In this document: positions 38,789 to 49,808 of the stretch, one piece after another
Layout of the letters: each line of letters starts with the position of its first letter
Position numbering within the stretch: position 1 is the first letter of the stretch
Source: Podarcis vaucheri
Taxonomy: Eukaryota
Reading direction: 5' to 3' (one strand)
DNA length: 64,000 nucleotides
NCBI GenBank assembly: GCA_965113315.1
Contig: OZ220363.1
Position numbers and translations under genes: made by a program
Notes under the pieces: model-generated
Databases searched by the model: none
What the model was told of the DNA's origin: nothing
What the model saw: the letters and a program-made list of their open reading frames with translations, nothing else

Positions 38789-40518
38789 GGAAACACACCT
38801 CTGTGTGGATTTCCCTCAGACTTCCCATCCGATTGCTGGCTCGCTCAGAGTGCAGACAACTTGGCAATCTCTTCTGCCAAGTTCTTAAAAGTCTCTGCTA
38901 AGCATGCATAAGCTGCAATGTTTTGGAGGCTTCCAATCTGGCCAAATGTGGGCAGATTTTCCTGAGGCCGACAAAAGCAAGGCTCTTGCGTAACACCAAA
39001 GTGAGACCTGTCTGTTGCCAAATTTCAAGTCCTTGCTCCAAAGCACAGAGGTGCTGGAATTTCTCAATGAAAACGTCGGAAGAACTAGGCTTGGGGTTTT
39101 TTTAAAAAAACAAAAAAACACACACATGCATTTTGTGCCTCGGGCCCATCATTCCCATTATGACTGCAACTTTTTCTTTTTAAAAAATCAGCCCAAGGGA
39201 AACACTGGTGACTGCACAGCTTTTGCATTGATGGTTATAATTGGGCAAAGATATGAGGAACTGGAAATGGTCTTATAGCGGAAAGTTAAGCAACCTCAAT
39301 AGACGTCATTGGCAGCTTCAGTTTTAATGAAAGCCAAGTTGGAACATCTAATGTGACAGTTTTCCAAACTTTTTTTTTAATGGTTTGCCCCCTCATTTCT
39401 ATGGTTACTATATACAAGATCACCAAATCTTGGCAGCATAACATCTGTATGGTGCAATTCAAGTTTGTATACTCTGTGTATCAAGTTTACCACCTAGTTA
39501 ACCTATCTGAATAACTTCCAGCAGGTTATCGCTTGCTCTCTTTCATATTGCCAGAAGCAGCAAAGGAAAGGGCAGTGTGGTGTGATAGCTAGTGAACTAG
39601 CTTTGGAATGTTCTTATCTCTACTTGGCTTTAAAGCTTTGAGCAACATGTTCTCATCACTGACAGGATGGTTGTTAGAGAAAGCAAAGGAATAAGAAAGC
39701 ATGTAATAAATCCATTAATTATAAGAAAAAGCGGAATGAAATAGCTTACCTAATTTTCACTGACAAAGAAAAGGAGCTTCTCACATCAGTCCTAATTCTT
39801 TTCTTCAAAATTCTCATTACCCCCACCCTTTCTCCCTGTGCATTTAAAAGTACGAAGGACTCATCCACACGGGAGCTAAATTTAGATATGACGCTGTTTG
39901 TGCATCTTTTTTGTGGCATCCACACAGCATCTTCCTCACCCTGCTAAATTCAGATTTTCTGATCTGCAGATAATCTAATAAGAGAAGAAAATCCAGTAAG
40001 AAATTGCAAGTTCTCCAACTGTGGACACACAAAAACATGTTATGTGAGCAGGTTTTTTTACAGGTGAGCTGGCATTTTGCTGTGTGTCGACCCTGTTGTT
40101 GTTGTTTTGCCTACTATGCAATTTTTTCAATGTGTTCAGTTCTAGAATTATTAATATTTATGACTGTACAGAATAGCATTGACATTGGCTTTCCGTCTCA
40201 TCAATAAATGCTATTTTGCCCACTAACCACTACTCCTGGAAAAAATTGGATACTTATTACTTACATACTTTTACTCAGAAAAAAGTTGCACTTTATTCAG
40301 TGGGATTTGGTTCTGAATTAGAGTACAATCCTTAGTATTTAAATAAGTGATCCTGCTTCTTATCCTTGCATGTATATATGCTCATCTATAAGCAGACATC
40401 ATTCTACAGCACAAAAAGTTTGTGAGTTGCACAGTCAAAGATTTTGACTACCTCTCTTTTCCCAAGTTGATCCCAAGTACTCAGAGGAAGTACGAAGTTT
40501 TAAAGTAATGGGTGCAGA

Positions 40519-40534
40519 TTGCCCCCTACTGTCC
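40519..40534 (-). promoter_or_regulatory. Second CTCF-like motif
   Basis: Minus strand GGACAGTAGGGGGCAA. Confidence 0.4.
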
Positions 40535-40943
40535 AAGGAAAGAGGGGGAAACAACAGAAACTTCATACCAAAAAGCCTTCCAATTAAGTAGCCAATAAAG
40601 GATGCTTCCAGACTGTCACTATTTTGGGGTGGAATTCAGTCACATACCAGCAAATTCAGATTGGACTTTGCAATAAGGAAAGTGATGGTGAAATGCAATG
40701 GAAAGTGTGGAATAATGCTTGATACAACATTATATAACCTCCCTGCAAACAAATCAATATGAATGCTCATTAAATAGCCCCTGTCGTCAAATCTCCCCAC
40801 AAACAAATCAGGATAAATAATAAACAGGTCATCAGAAGCACCCCAATATGTTTTTAAATAAGAATAGAATGGACAATCATTTTGATCTGAAAGCGGTATA
40901 GTAGCAGATACCTAGTAGGCAATCAAATTGACAAAAGTAATTA

Positions 40944-41184
40944 CAGTCGTACCTTGGAAGTCAAACAGCCTAGTTCTCGAACATTTTGGCTCCCGAACTA
41001 TCAAAACCCAGAAGTGACTGTTCCGGTTTTTGAACCTGCTTTTGGAAGCTGAACATCCGATGGTGCTTCCACAGCTTCCAATTGGCTGAAGGCGCTTCCT
41101 GAAGCCAATCAAAAGCCGTGCTTTGGTTTTGGAAGTCGAACGGACTTCCAAAACAGATTCCATTTGACTTCCAAGATACGACTG
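40944..41184. mobile_element. Tc1/mariner (pogo/Tigger-like) MITE
   Basis: ta|CAGTCGTACCTTGGAAGTCAAA...TTTGACTTCCAAGATACGACTG|ta. Confidence 0.85.
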
Positions 41185-44100
41185 TATTTATAGCCTGTTC
41201 TACAATTGCACTCGGAGCAGCCCTCATTAAAAAATATCATGCAAGTGCATTTTGAAACAATTAAAAATTAAAAGAAGAAAATACAAACCCACTTTAAAAA
41301 CAAAACAAAACAAAACCCTAAGTTAGTTTTAATCAGTTAGGAATATTTTTATTGTGTGCAACCAATGACCATTACAATGAAACTCACAAAAAGCAAACAA
41401 TCCTATCTAAGAGTAAGTTCTTAAAACATACAGTTCTCATAATCATTTAGATTAAAACAATCACCTTGGCAGTTAAGATTGTGTTGGGTCTAAAATGTAG
41501 CCCATAAGTTTCTCATTGCTAGTAAATGAAAAGCTGTAGTAGAAAACAAAATGAACTACTCAGCCAGCAACCATCTAATTTTGTAGAGAAGTTTTTAATT
41601 GGTCGATTACAAGCTACCTTTTCAGCTCCTGTCTAAAGTAGCTTAGAGAAGAGACCAAGCAGATCTCAACTGCAAGGGCGTTCTGGAGCCAATCCCTTTA
41701 TTTATGTCATGACTCTAGAATAAGTTCAGATGGACACACACATCTATTCACAGTATATATACTCATCTGAAAATGTATGTGAGTGTTTGATGGGGTTATA
41801 ACATTTCAATCGGACATATGCCAAATTTACAATAAATTGTTGATGTCTTTACAAGTCTTCAGGTCATCTCTTGAAGTGGATCAAATCACAAATAAGGAAC
41901 GCAGAACCCTCCAGTTGTTGCTGGACTACAATTCCCATCATCCTTGGCCACTGACCTTGGTGGCTGAAGCTGGAGTGCTACAGGTTCACAATCCTTGTTC
42001 TAAAGGATATGTTTGTTTTGTGCTGTAGTTAATAAAGATGTATTCATTTTCTTTTAGAGGAGGGATTGGGAACCTGAAGCCCTCCAGAAATTGTCGGACT
42101 CCCAACAGCGCCATTGCACAAACTGGTCTCCCATGATGTTGGATATCTCCTATTATTCAGAACTTTAAACTATGACACTCGGGCTGTGTACACACTAACC
42201 CATTTCTAGCAAAATAATAATAATATAGATTTTCTCTCTAGAATTGTTCATGATCATCCTCAACATGTTGCTTTCAATCTAGATTGATTCTAGATCCTGC
42301 CATCCAGAAGAGTCGGTGTGGTTACCTGAAAAATCCTCCCCTTGATTATTCCCTGCACATACCCCACATGAATGAAGAAAGAAATGGTGATTGTGATCTT
42401 TGTATACACCCCCCCCAAAGCATCATTGGACAAGTGTAGATACACCTCTGCATTTCTGGGACCACCTACATCTGTTTTCAAGTGGACACATATCTGCAGT
42501 GAGCTTTTATTTTCAAAATGAAAACAGTTTCCCATGAAGGGCTTTTCTGAGGCAGAAAAATATATAGATCTGGACTGTGTGTGAACTATGTAAAAAAACA
42601 ACAAGGTACTCAGTTTCCACAGATTCTAGAAGTAAAGTGTCATGTGTATGCAAACCTCAGACAACCAAGTTAAGTAGAGATCTGTGTGACAGATCTTGAC
42701 TATTCCAAACAATTTATGCAGAAAGCATAGTTGACAGCTACAAAAGAACAGAAGACACAGTTGCTTGAGCATGGACAGAGAAGGATAAGAAAAATAAAGC
42801 CTAACATTCAACATACATATCTTTTTAACATGTAGTATACATAAATATTGGCACCACCTATATGATGTACCAGCTAGCCAGGACAAACAGACCGTAGCCT
42901 ATAAGAGAATGAAAAGCAGAGACTTTTTCGACTGTAATACTTCCTTAAATAAACAAAATGAAGGACCAAATGTTTTTTTCCAGGACTGATCCCCCCTCCA
43001 AAGTGTTTTCCTTTGTAAATACTGTGGATTTTGCCCACCTATGTACCATCAATGTAACTTGTCCCCCACTTCCCAAGTAAGGCTGAAAGAACAGCTTCAG
43101 GGGAAGCCATTTCTATTGCGGCACAAATTGGCAGGGGGAGGTTAACCCCCCCTTCATCTAGTACCATTGCCTAAATCTAGTCCTCGCCCCAAAGAGCTGC
43201 TTGTAAAGAAAGATTAAGGAGAGGGGAAAGAGCCAATCATGGATTTCCCATGTCAAGTCTGTTTTGGCACTCACAAGAATTACTTTGGGCGCTCCCAGCA
43301 GACTTCTGATTTGTTTCGAGAAACCAAAAATCATCAACCACAAATTTCTTTTAAAGCTCCCCTGAGTTTCGGAAAGTGTTTGCTATGCAGTATTGGGAGC
43401 AGCTGCTGGAGAAACACAAGACCAAAGCCCCCACTGGGCAACCAGAGTTATTCACAGGGTTCCCTGGACTGTGGCCAACTCAGTTTAACAGCCTGATTCA
43501 TAATGCATTTATTTAAGACAAAATACTTGGATTTCTTAATCCCATTGTGTAACTGGGACTCAGTCAGGTTAAATCCAAAGAATTCAGCTTGCCTTGATTG
43601 TGGACTACTGTTAGTATTAGAGGGCAATTAAGTTTCAGATGCTTTAGAGATATTCCTGGCCTTGATTATTGTAGACCACTAATTGTCCAGGCTGAGCTTT
43701 CGGGAGAGTTTGATTTTTGCAACTGGTTTTTATTGAAGAGGTTTATTTTTACTAATGTATATACCCTGTAGTTGATTAAATTGGGCCTGGATGCAATGAG
43801 GTCATAGGTTTACCTTTCAGTTCTGTTTTGCAGTATCCGGGTGCCAAGTTTATCCCCAGGTGCTCACTTAAAACAGGCAAATATTGCCCTCTTCTGTTTT
43901 TTAAAATATATATATGTCAGTTTCTGCTGCCAAGAGATTTTGTTTCAGAAAGGAAATCTATTTGAATTTTATGGATTTTTAGGTATGGGTTCAGGGATGC
44001 TATTTTTTGTTTCTAGGGAGTGAAAAGGGGGGAGGAAAGGGTCAATTTTCAGCAAAGACTGAAGGTGCTGCTTTTGAGGTTGTTTAAAGCTAAAATGTAA

Positions 44101-44310
44101 AATGTGTTTGTTTTTAGGGGGGGGTTCTTCCCATGTTTTATAGCACATGTTAATTACTGTAAAAGTAACAAGAAACAGGCAACCACTGAAGCAAAGCAAA
44201 TTTACATCTTTTAGCATGCAGATGCAGTACTGGACACAATACAGTTCAGAATACAAAAAATAAAGTTACAGCAATTTCCCAAACAGCAGTGTCATGCAAT
44301 GAAACTAATA

Positions 44311-44536
44311 AAGTGGTACCTCGGGTTAAGAACTTAATTCGTTCTGGAGGTCCGTTCTTAACCTGAAACTGTTCTTAACCTGAAGTACCACTTTAGCTAA
44401 TGGGGCCTCCCGCTGCTGCTGCGTCACCGCCACGTGATTTCTGTTCTCATCCTGAAGCAAAGTTCTTAACCCGAGGTACTATTTCTGGGTTAGCGGAGTC
44501 TGTAACCTGAAGCATCTGTAACCCGAGGTACCACTG
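44311..44536. mobile_element. Tc1/mariner (pogo/Tigger-like) MITE
   Basis: ta|AAGTGGTACCTCGGGTTA...TAACCCGAGGTACCACTG|ta. Confidence 0.85.
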
Positions 44537-44839
44537 TATTGAAATGTTGAATACTGGTGCTAATACTTCAGCTAAGAAAAAAAAGCTTGAATGCAATCCT
44601 TTGTATGCCTTTTTAGAAGGGACTTTCTGCCAAATAAATGTTCGTAGGATTGCAACCTTAATCTCTCTCTCAGGCCCACTTGTCCTCATAAATCTTATTT
44701 GAACAAAACACTCTCAGTTTCAAGTTCAGATGTATGTTAATTTCAGGTGGTCACATGGCTTTCCTTGTAACTTTGTACATGGTGGTCCTTACACATCTTA
44801 TTCACTTAAGGGTTGTATAATGAGAACTAATGTGAAGAT

Positions 44840-45020
44840 GTGGTTATAATGTTGGACTAAGGCCTGGGAAATCAGGGTTCTAGTCCTCACCTTGGGCCAG
44901 TCACTATCTCAGTCTAACATACCTCACAGGGTTGGTTGTGATGATAAAATGGGTAGAGGGAAAAGCAAGTACGCCACTTTTTGCTCCTTGGAGGAAAGGT
45001 GGGATATAAATGTAATAAAT
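44840..45020 (+). mobile_element. CORE/MIR-like SINE
   Basis: tRNA-like head, CCTTGGGCCAGTCAC and ACCTCACAGGGTTGGTTGTGA core, AAATGTAATAAATAA tail. A minus-strand relative lies near 52050-52240. Confidence 0.6.
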
Positions 45021-45804
45021 AACAGAACTAAGCAGAGCACTTCAGGACAGAAAGGAAAGGAAATGTTTGGACGGGGGGTAGGGGGCCTCCATGCTCTCCC
45101 TGCAGTTTGCCCAGAGCAAAGTGGTGTGTGAGCTCATGCAAAACTCAATGTAAGATCTTGCCTCTAATTTAGAGCCACCTAGTGCTTTGTCTTTATGAAA
45201 CTAGGGATAATGTCAATAAATAAATAAGCAACTTCATGAGGAAGTCTGGGTGCCTTCCTATTTTTTAGGAAGGCTGCAAGTGCATACCACAATATCAAGC
45301 TTACACTTTTAAATTGGATTTAAGCACTTGCTTGCCCTAACACAACCAATCCACCTTTAAGAAAATCAAGTTCTTGATGTTTAGAAAACGATAGGGAAAT
45401 GCACAGTGTGAGATGAACAAATTACAGGAAGACGTCTAAACACCCTACAAGCAAATGAATATATGAATGCGGATTGTCATATAGTAGCCCCACAAACAAA
45501 TCAGAATGAATGCTCAATTAAGACTGGATATAATAGAACCCCCACATTAGCTTTGTGTAAAGCAAATCAGGATGAATGCTCAGTCATCTCCAGGGGTTGT
45601 TTTGTTATTTATTCCAGATTTCTTCAGCAGCTGTGTTAGAGATGAAATAGTTCTACCTATGCTACCCTTTCTACGTGACATTTCATCAAAGTGTACTAGC
45701 ATACAAATAGCTGGGACCCAAATACCTAAAGAAAGATGTGCATCCTTTCTGGTGCTGGAGGCCCAGACCATGCAAAACATTATAGGTCAGAATCAGCCCC
45801 TGGA

Positions 45805-46270
45805 TTTATGCATGCGACAACGGCCGTGAGAGTTCTAATAGCACAAGGATGGAAGACTGAAGAAACCCCAACTAAAGAATCATTGCAAGAAAAATTGATG
45901 GACTATGCAGAACTGGCAAAATTGACATATAAGCTACGTGACAAGGATAACTGTGACTTTAAAGATGAATGGGAACCCTTTCCCATTTGAAGACGCAACA
46001 AAGCGAACTGGACTCCTTGGCTGGCTTTGTTCACAAACTTTTCTATTGATGACAATCAGCTAAATAGTTTGAGAATCTATACAACTGTGTAACGTGCAGA
46101 AAACAGCATTCTTAGAGAAATCAAAGCCTGGAACTAAGGGAAGCTGGTGGGTGGGTTTTGTGTGGGAGGGTGGGGGAAGGGAGGAAAAATGGGGACAAAA
46201 TAAGGATGATGTGTTTCTGGATAATATGTTTTGTTTTAATTTTGAATAAAAAGGTGTTTTTTAAAAAAAA
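45805..46270 (+). mobile_element. 5'-truncated L1/Tx1-clade LINE
   Basis: Encodes FMHATTAVRVLIAQGWKTEETPTKESLQEKLMDYAELAKLT...EWEPF (ORF2 C-terminus type). AATAAA and A-tail; perfect 16-bp TSD AGAATCAGCCCCTGGA at 45789-45804 and 46271-46286. Confidence 0.85.
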
Positions 46271-46289
46271 AGAATCAGCCCCTGGAACC

Positions 46290-47410
46290 GCACTTGGACG
46301 CCCAAGAGCAAACGGCAGGCGAGAGTCGAGGGCGCAATAGTTCCCGAAGAGTCCGCACTGTCAAGCGCAGCCTATGAATGCTCGGCTGTCTTAAAGGTCC
46401 TCCCGGTCCAACGTGGCAGGAAAACACAACCACGAAGGGCAAGAACAACTGCTAGCTCTGGGAGCTTAGCAGTGTGGCCTCTTCCCTCCGGGCAAACCAG
46501 GTCCCTGACGTCCGTCTGCTGCGTTAAGAACGTAAGCTCGACGGGTGACAAAAGAGCGAGAAGGACAACTCGGTGCAGCGCAGCAGGAAGGCTACAGAAA
46601 CGCATTTGGACTGCAAGGAAAGATCCGCATGTAAGCAGCCTCCTCACACCAAGCGCCCCCACCCGGCTGCGTTAACTGATGCAGGAGCACATCGTTGCTC
46701 CGGCATCGTCTTAACATAGCGCGTGCGCAGTTGCGCTCTCGTCTCTCCATTCCTCCCGCCTTCCTAGAAGAAGGCGGTGCGAGAGGCTGAAGCGGGGGCG
46801 GGGCTTCCAGAGGATCCTACGCCCAGCCCCACCTTCGCCGACTGGGAGGAGCGTGAGCTTGCTTCCTCCGCGCTTGGTGGGTCACGTGGACGGAAGTAGG
46901 GTTCGATCATTTGCCCCGACCTGCCCGTGCTTGCGTTCTGCTCTCCTAGAAGATGACAGCTACGCTGTCCAATGAGGAGGCAGCGTGGGGCGCGCGGAGG
47001 TGGGCGGCCTGAGAGCGCGAGTTCGGAACTTTGGTGGGGAGGTAAGAGGAGCCTCCTGTGGGGGGGGGGGGCGGCTGTAGCCCGGCCGCTAGTTCCTTAA
47101 AGCAACCGGCCGCGTGTCTAAGGGCGCTTGAGGCCGCCGTAGCGGGTTGGGAATCAACCGTTAAAGACGTGCTTCTGTCGGTATCCCAAGGCGTTCTTGG
47201 AAGCTCCGATGAGGCATTTCCTTCCTCCAGCTTTGGGTTGCCAACGTCGGCCCTTCTGGAATGCGCCTGTGCCTCTGGAACGCGCCGGGTGGCAAGGTCA
47301 CCAGGTGCAGCTTCTGTCCTGAGGCGCTCTTATTTTGTCCAGGGACAAGAACCCTTCCCCTCTTGCACGCGCTCTTGAAACTGTTACCCCCTTTCTGGAC
47401 GCCCGCACCC
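46290..47410 (+). promoter_or_regulatory. RAD9A: RAD9A CpG-island promoter with probable non-coding exon 1 ending at 47041
   Basis: High CpG density. NRF1-like GCGCGTGCGCA 46719-46729, GC box GGGGCGGGGC 46795-46804, E-box CACGTG 46883-46888, ETS CGGAAGT 46891-46897, CCAAT 46969-46973. Splice donor GAG|gtaaga after 47041; candidate acceptor cctcag| at 49636. Confidence 0.8.
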
Positions 47411-47756
47411 CCAGGGCCAAATCAGTCTGCCTAAGGAACACTGATTGTTCTCATGCACAGTTGCCGACGCAGAGACCTTTCTCGAAAGTGTTAAGCCAGT
47501 TGCTAGGTGAATGGACTGACAAATCTACTTCTCAGTATCTTTTCTAGGCATTTTGCTGCATCAATGAAAAGCACTCAAGCTTGGAGTGCTCCTGGATCCA
47601 ACTTTGTCATAGAATTGTAGAGGTGGAAGGGACCCTGAGGGTCATCTAGTCCAACCTCCTGTCATTGGGGGCCACAGTGGCTAGGAGTGCCTTTTTTAAA
47701 CTTTGGACAGATGCTAATCTTGGTATATAAAGCCCATAAGGCCTTCAGATCAGTTT

Positions 47757-48130
47757 GTTGTTGTTGTTTAGTCGTTTAGTCGTGCCCGACTCTTCATGAC
47801 CCCATGGACCAGAGCACGCCAGGCACTTCTGTCTTCCCCTGTCTCCCGCAGTTTGGTCAAACTCATGCTGGTAGCTTCAAGAACACTATCCAACCATCTC
47901 GACCTTTGTCGTCCCCTTCTCCTTGTGCCCTCCATCTTTCCCAACATCAGGGTCTTTTCCAGGGAGTCTTCTCTTCTCATGAGGTGGCCAAAGTATTGGA
48001 GCCTCAGCTTCAGGATCTGTCCTTCCAGTGAGCACTCAGGGCTGATTTCCTTAAGAATGGATAGGTTTGTTCTTCTTGCAGTCCATGGGACTCTCGAGTC
48101 TCCTCCAGCACCATAAGTCAAAAGCATCAA
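47757..48130 (-). mobile_element. Bov-B (RTE clade) LINE 3' fragment in RAD9A intron 1
   Basis: VPWTARRTNLSILKEISPECSLEGQILKLRLQYFGHLMRREDSLEKTLMLGK...RWLD; (CAA)n tail; 13-bp TSD TTCAGATCAGTTT at 47744-47756 and 48131-48143. Confidence 0.93.
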
Positions 48131-48620
48131 TTCAGATCAGTTTACTTACCCAGTATGTGTGAACTGCGTTCCTTTGATCTTCAGAATTGGCACTTCTAAT
48201 GTACAGGTGCTGCCATGTGAAAAGAATGACTCCTTGCAAAGTCCGCATGGGCATAGCCAAGATTTTTTTTGGGGGGGGTTAGCTGTCCCCCTGTCCCTCC
48301 TTGGCCCCCAAAGCTTTTAGCATGCAATAAAATTGTAAGACTGTCATGATGCTGGCAGTGGGAGGGGGAGCAAAGGAGAACATTGGCTGCTTATCTGGGA
48401 AGGAGAGAAAATAGCAGCCAAGATCTCTCTGTCATCATTATCATCACCACTGGTGGTGCTGGGGGGGGGGAGGGCAGAAAGTCTGATGTGCAAGCTGTGA
48501 GGAGATGGGGAGTGGGTGAGCTGTAAAGGAAGAAGGAGGGACAGGGTGAGTTGTAATGGGGAGAGGTTAACTGGGATGGTGAGCAACACAAGCAGGGGCA
48601 TAGGTAAGAAAAGATTAAAC

Positions 48621-48889
48621 CAGGGGTCAGCAGCCTAAGGCCCATGGGCTGGAAGTGGCCTGTAGAGGTTGTTTGACCAGCCCCCGAGCCACCCCCGAAC
48701 TGAGTTGCCCGCTCGTGCGCTGCACTAAACTGGCGCAGCACGGGGACTTGCTTCCATGGTGCCAGAAATTGCGTCTGCGCAGACGCAGACTCCAAAAATT
48801 CCAGGGACTCTCTCATGTGCAATCCAGCCCACGGAGGGATCTCCTCTGGACCGATCCGGCCCAGGCAAGATAAACCTTTCTGACTCATG
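48621..48889. mobile_element. hAT-type MITE
   Basis: CAGGGGTCAG...CTGACTCATG ends; near-perfect 8-bp TSD GATTAAAC/GATTAAAT. Confidence 0.7.
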
Positions 48890-49774
48890 GATTAAATACT
48901 ACAAACTGCTAACAGGACACTCAGCAGCATTAATAAATGTGTTCATAATAAAGATTCCATGTGCCCTAGATTTTTTTAAAAAAAATAAAAGCAATGTTCA
49001 CGCCTTTTAATGTCTATGCAGATACAGAGGCTGCAGTCCTGGGCAAACTTAATTGGGCATGTCCCACTGAATCCAGTTAGACATACTTCTGAGTAAAGAA
49101 GGATATAATAAGACAATACTTTAGAAAGATGGAAAAGTATTAACAACTTTTACTCTAATGGTTTAAGGGTGTATATTATCCCTCATAGGGCGAATAGCAC
49201 CTTCCGGGGGAGATGGTTTTAATTTTCAGAATGGCATAGTGCAATCCAAATCCTCCAGCCGTGCAATTTAAATTCTACCTATAGTTCCTATAAACCCTTT
49301 AAAAGTATGCCTCATTTAGCTTTTATGTTAATGGGGTAGAGGGGGAATGAATTTTTAACCCATTGGGGATCTTACAAAACTTCTGTGTCAGAAAATGATT
49401 TATTTATTTATTTACAAAATATTAGATTAGAACTTTGCTTTGGAAGGCAACTGTAAAAAATAGGAAATAAAAACTCCAGTCACAATGGGTTATACTTGAT
49501 TTCAAAGTGTTCTGATGATCACAATACTAGTGGAGCTTATCCTTGGTCTGTAGAAGCAGTCTAAGAAATGGTTAGTTGTAACAATGTATGTGTGATGTAT
49601 GTGTACATATACATTCTCTTTCTCCTCACCCCTCAGCATCTACTTGGAGTTCTGGGGAGTTCTCTCCATTAGAAAACAGAGCTGGCCACAGTGTACTTGG
49701 TGAATACACCGGATGTTTAGTTCCCCCCACCTTGTGTCTGGTGTGGGGGAACTTTGAGGCTTCTCTGCCTTGGC

Positions 49775-49808
49775 ATGAAGTGCACAATTACTGGGGGCAA
49801 TGTGAAAG
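49775..49808 (+). CDS. RAD9A: RAD9A coding exon 1 ([11 protein letters not shown])
   Basis: ggcATGAAGTGC...GTGAAAG|gtgagg; matches the RAD9A N-terminus MKCLVTGGNVK. Confidence 0.95.

Noticed and set aside
43795-43815. ACCTATGACCTC (TYDL) on the minus strand
   Set aside because: Lies upstream of CLCF1 exon 1 and the flanking residues do not match; chance hit
40741-45585. CRISPR-like repeat-spacer array
   Set aside because: Vertebrate DNA, degenerate units, irregular spacing and no cas genes
47768-48130. 120-aa ORF as a host gene
   Set aside because: It is the C-terminus of a truncated Bov-B reverse-transcriptase ORF
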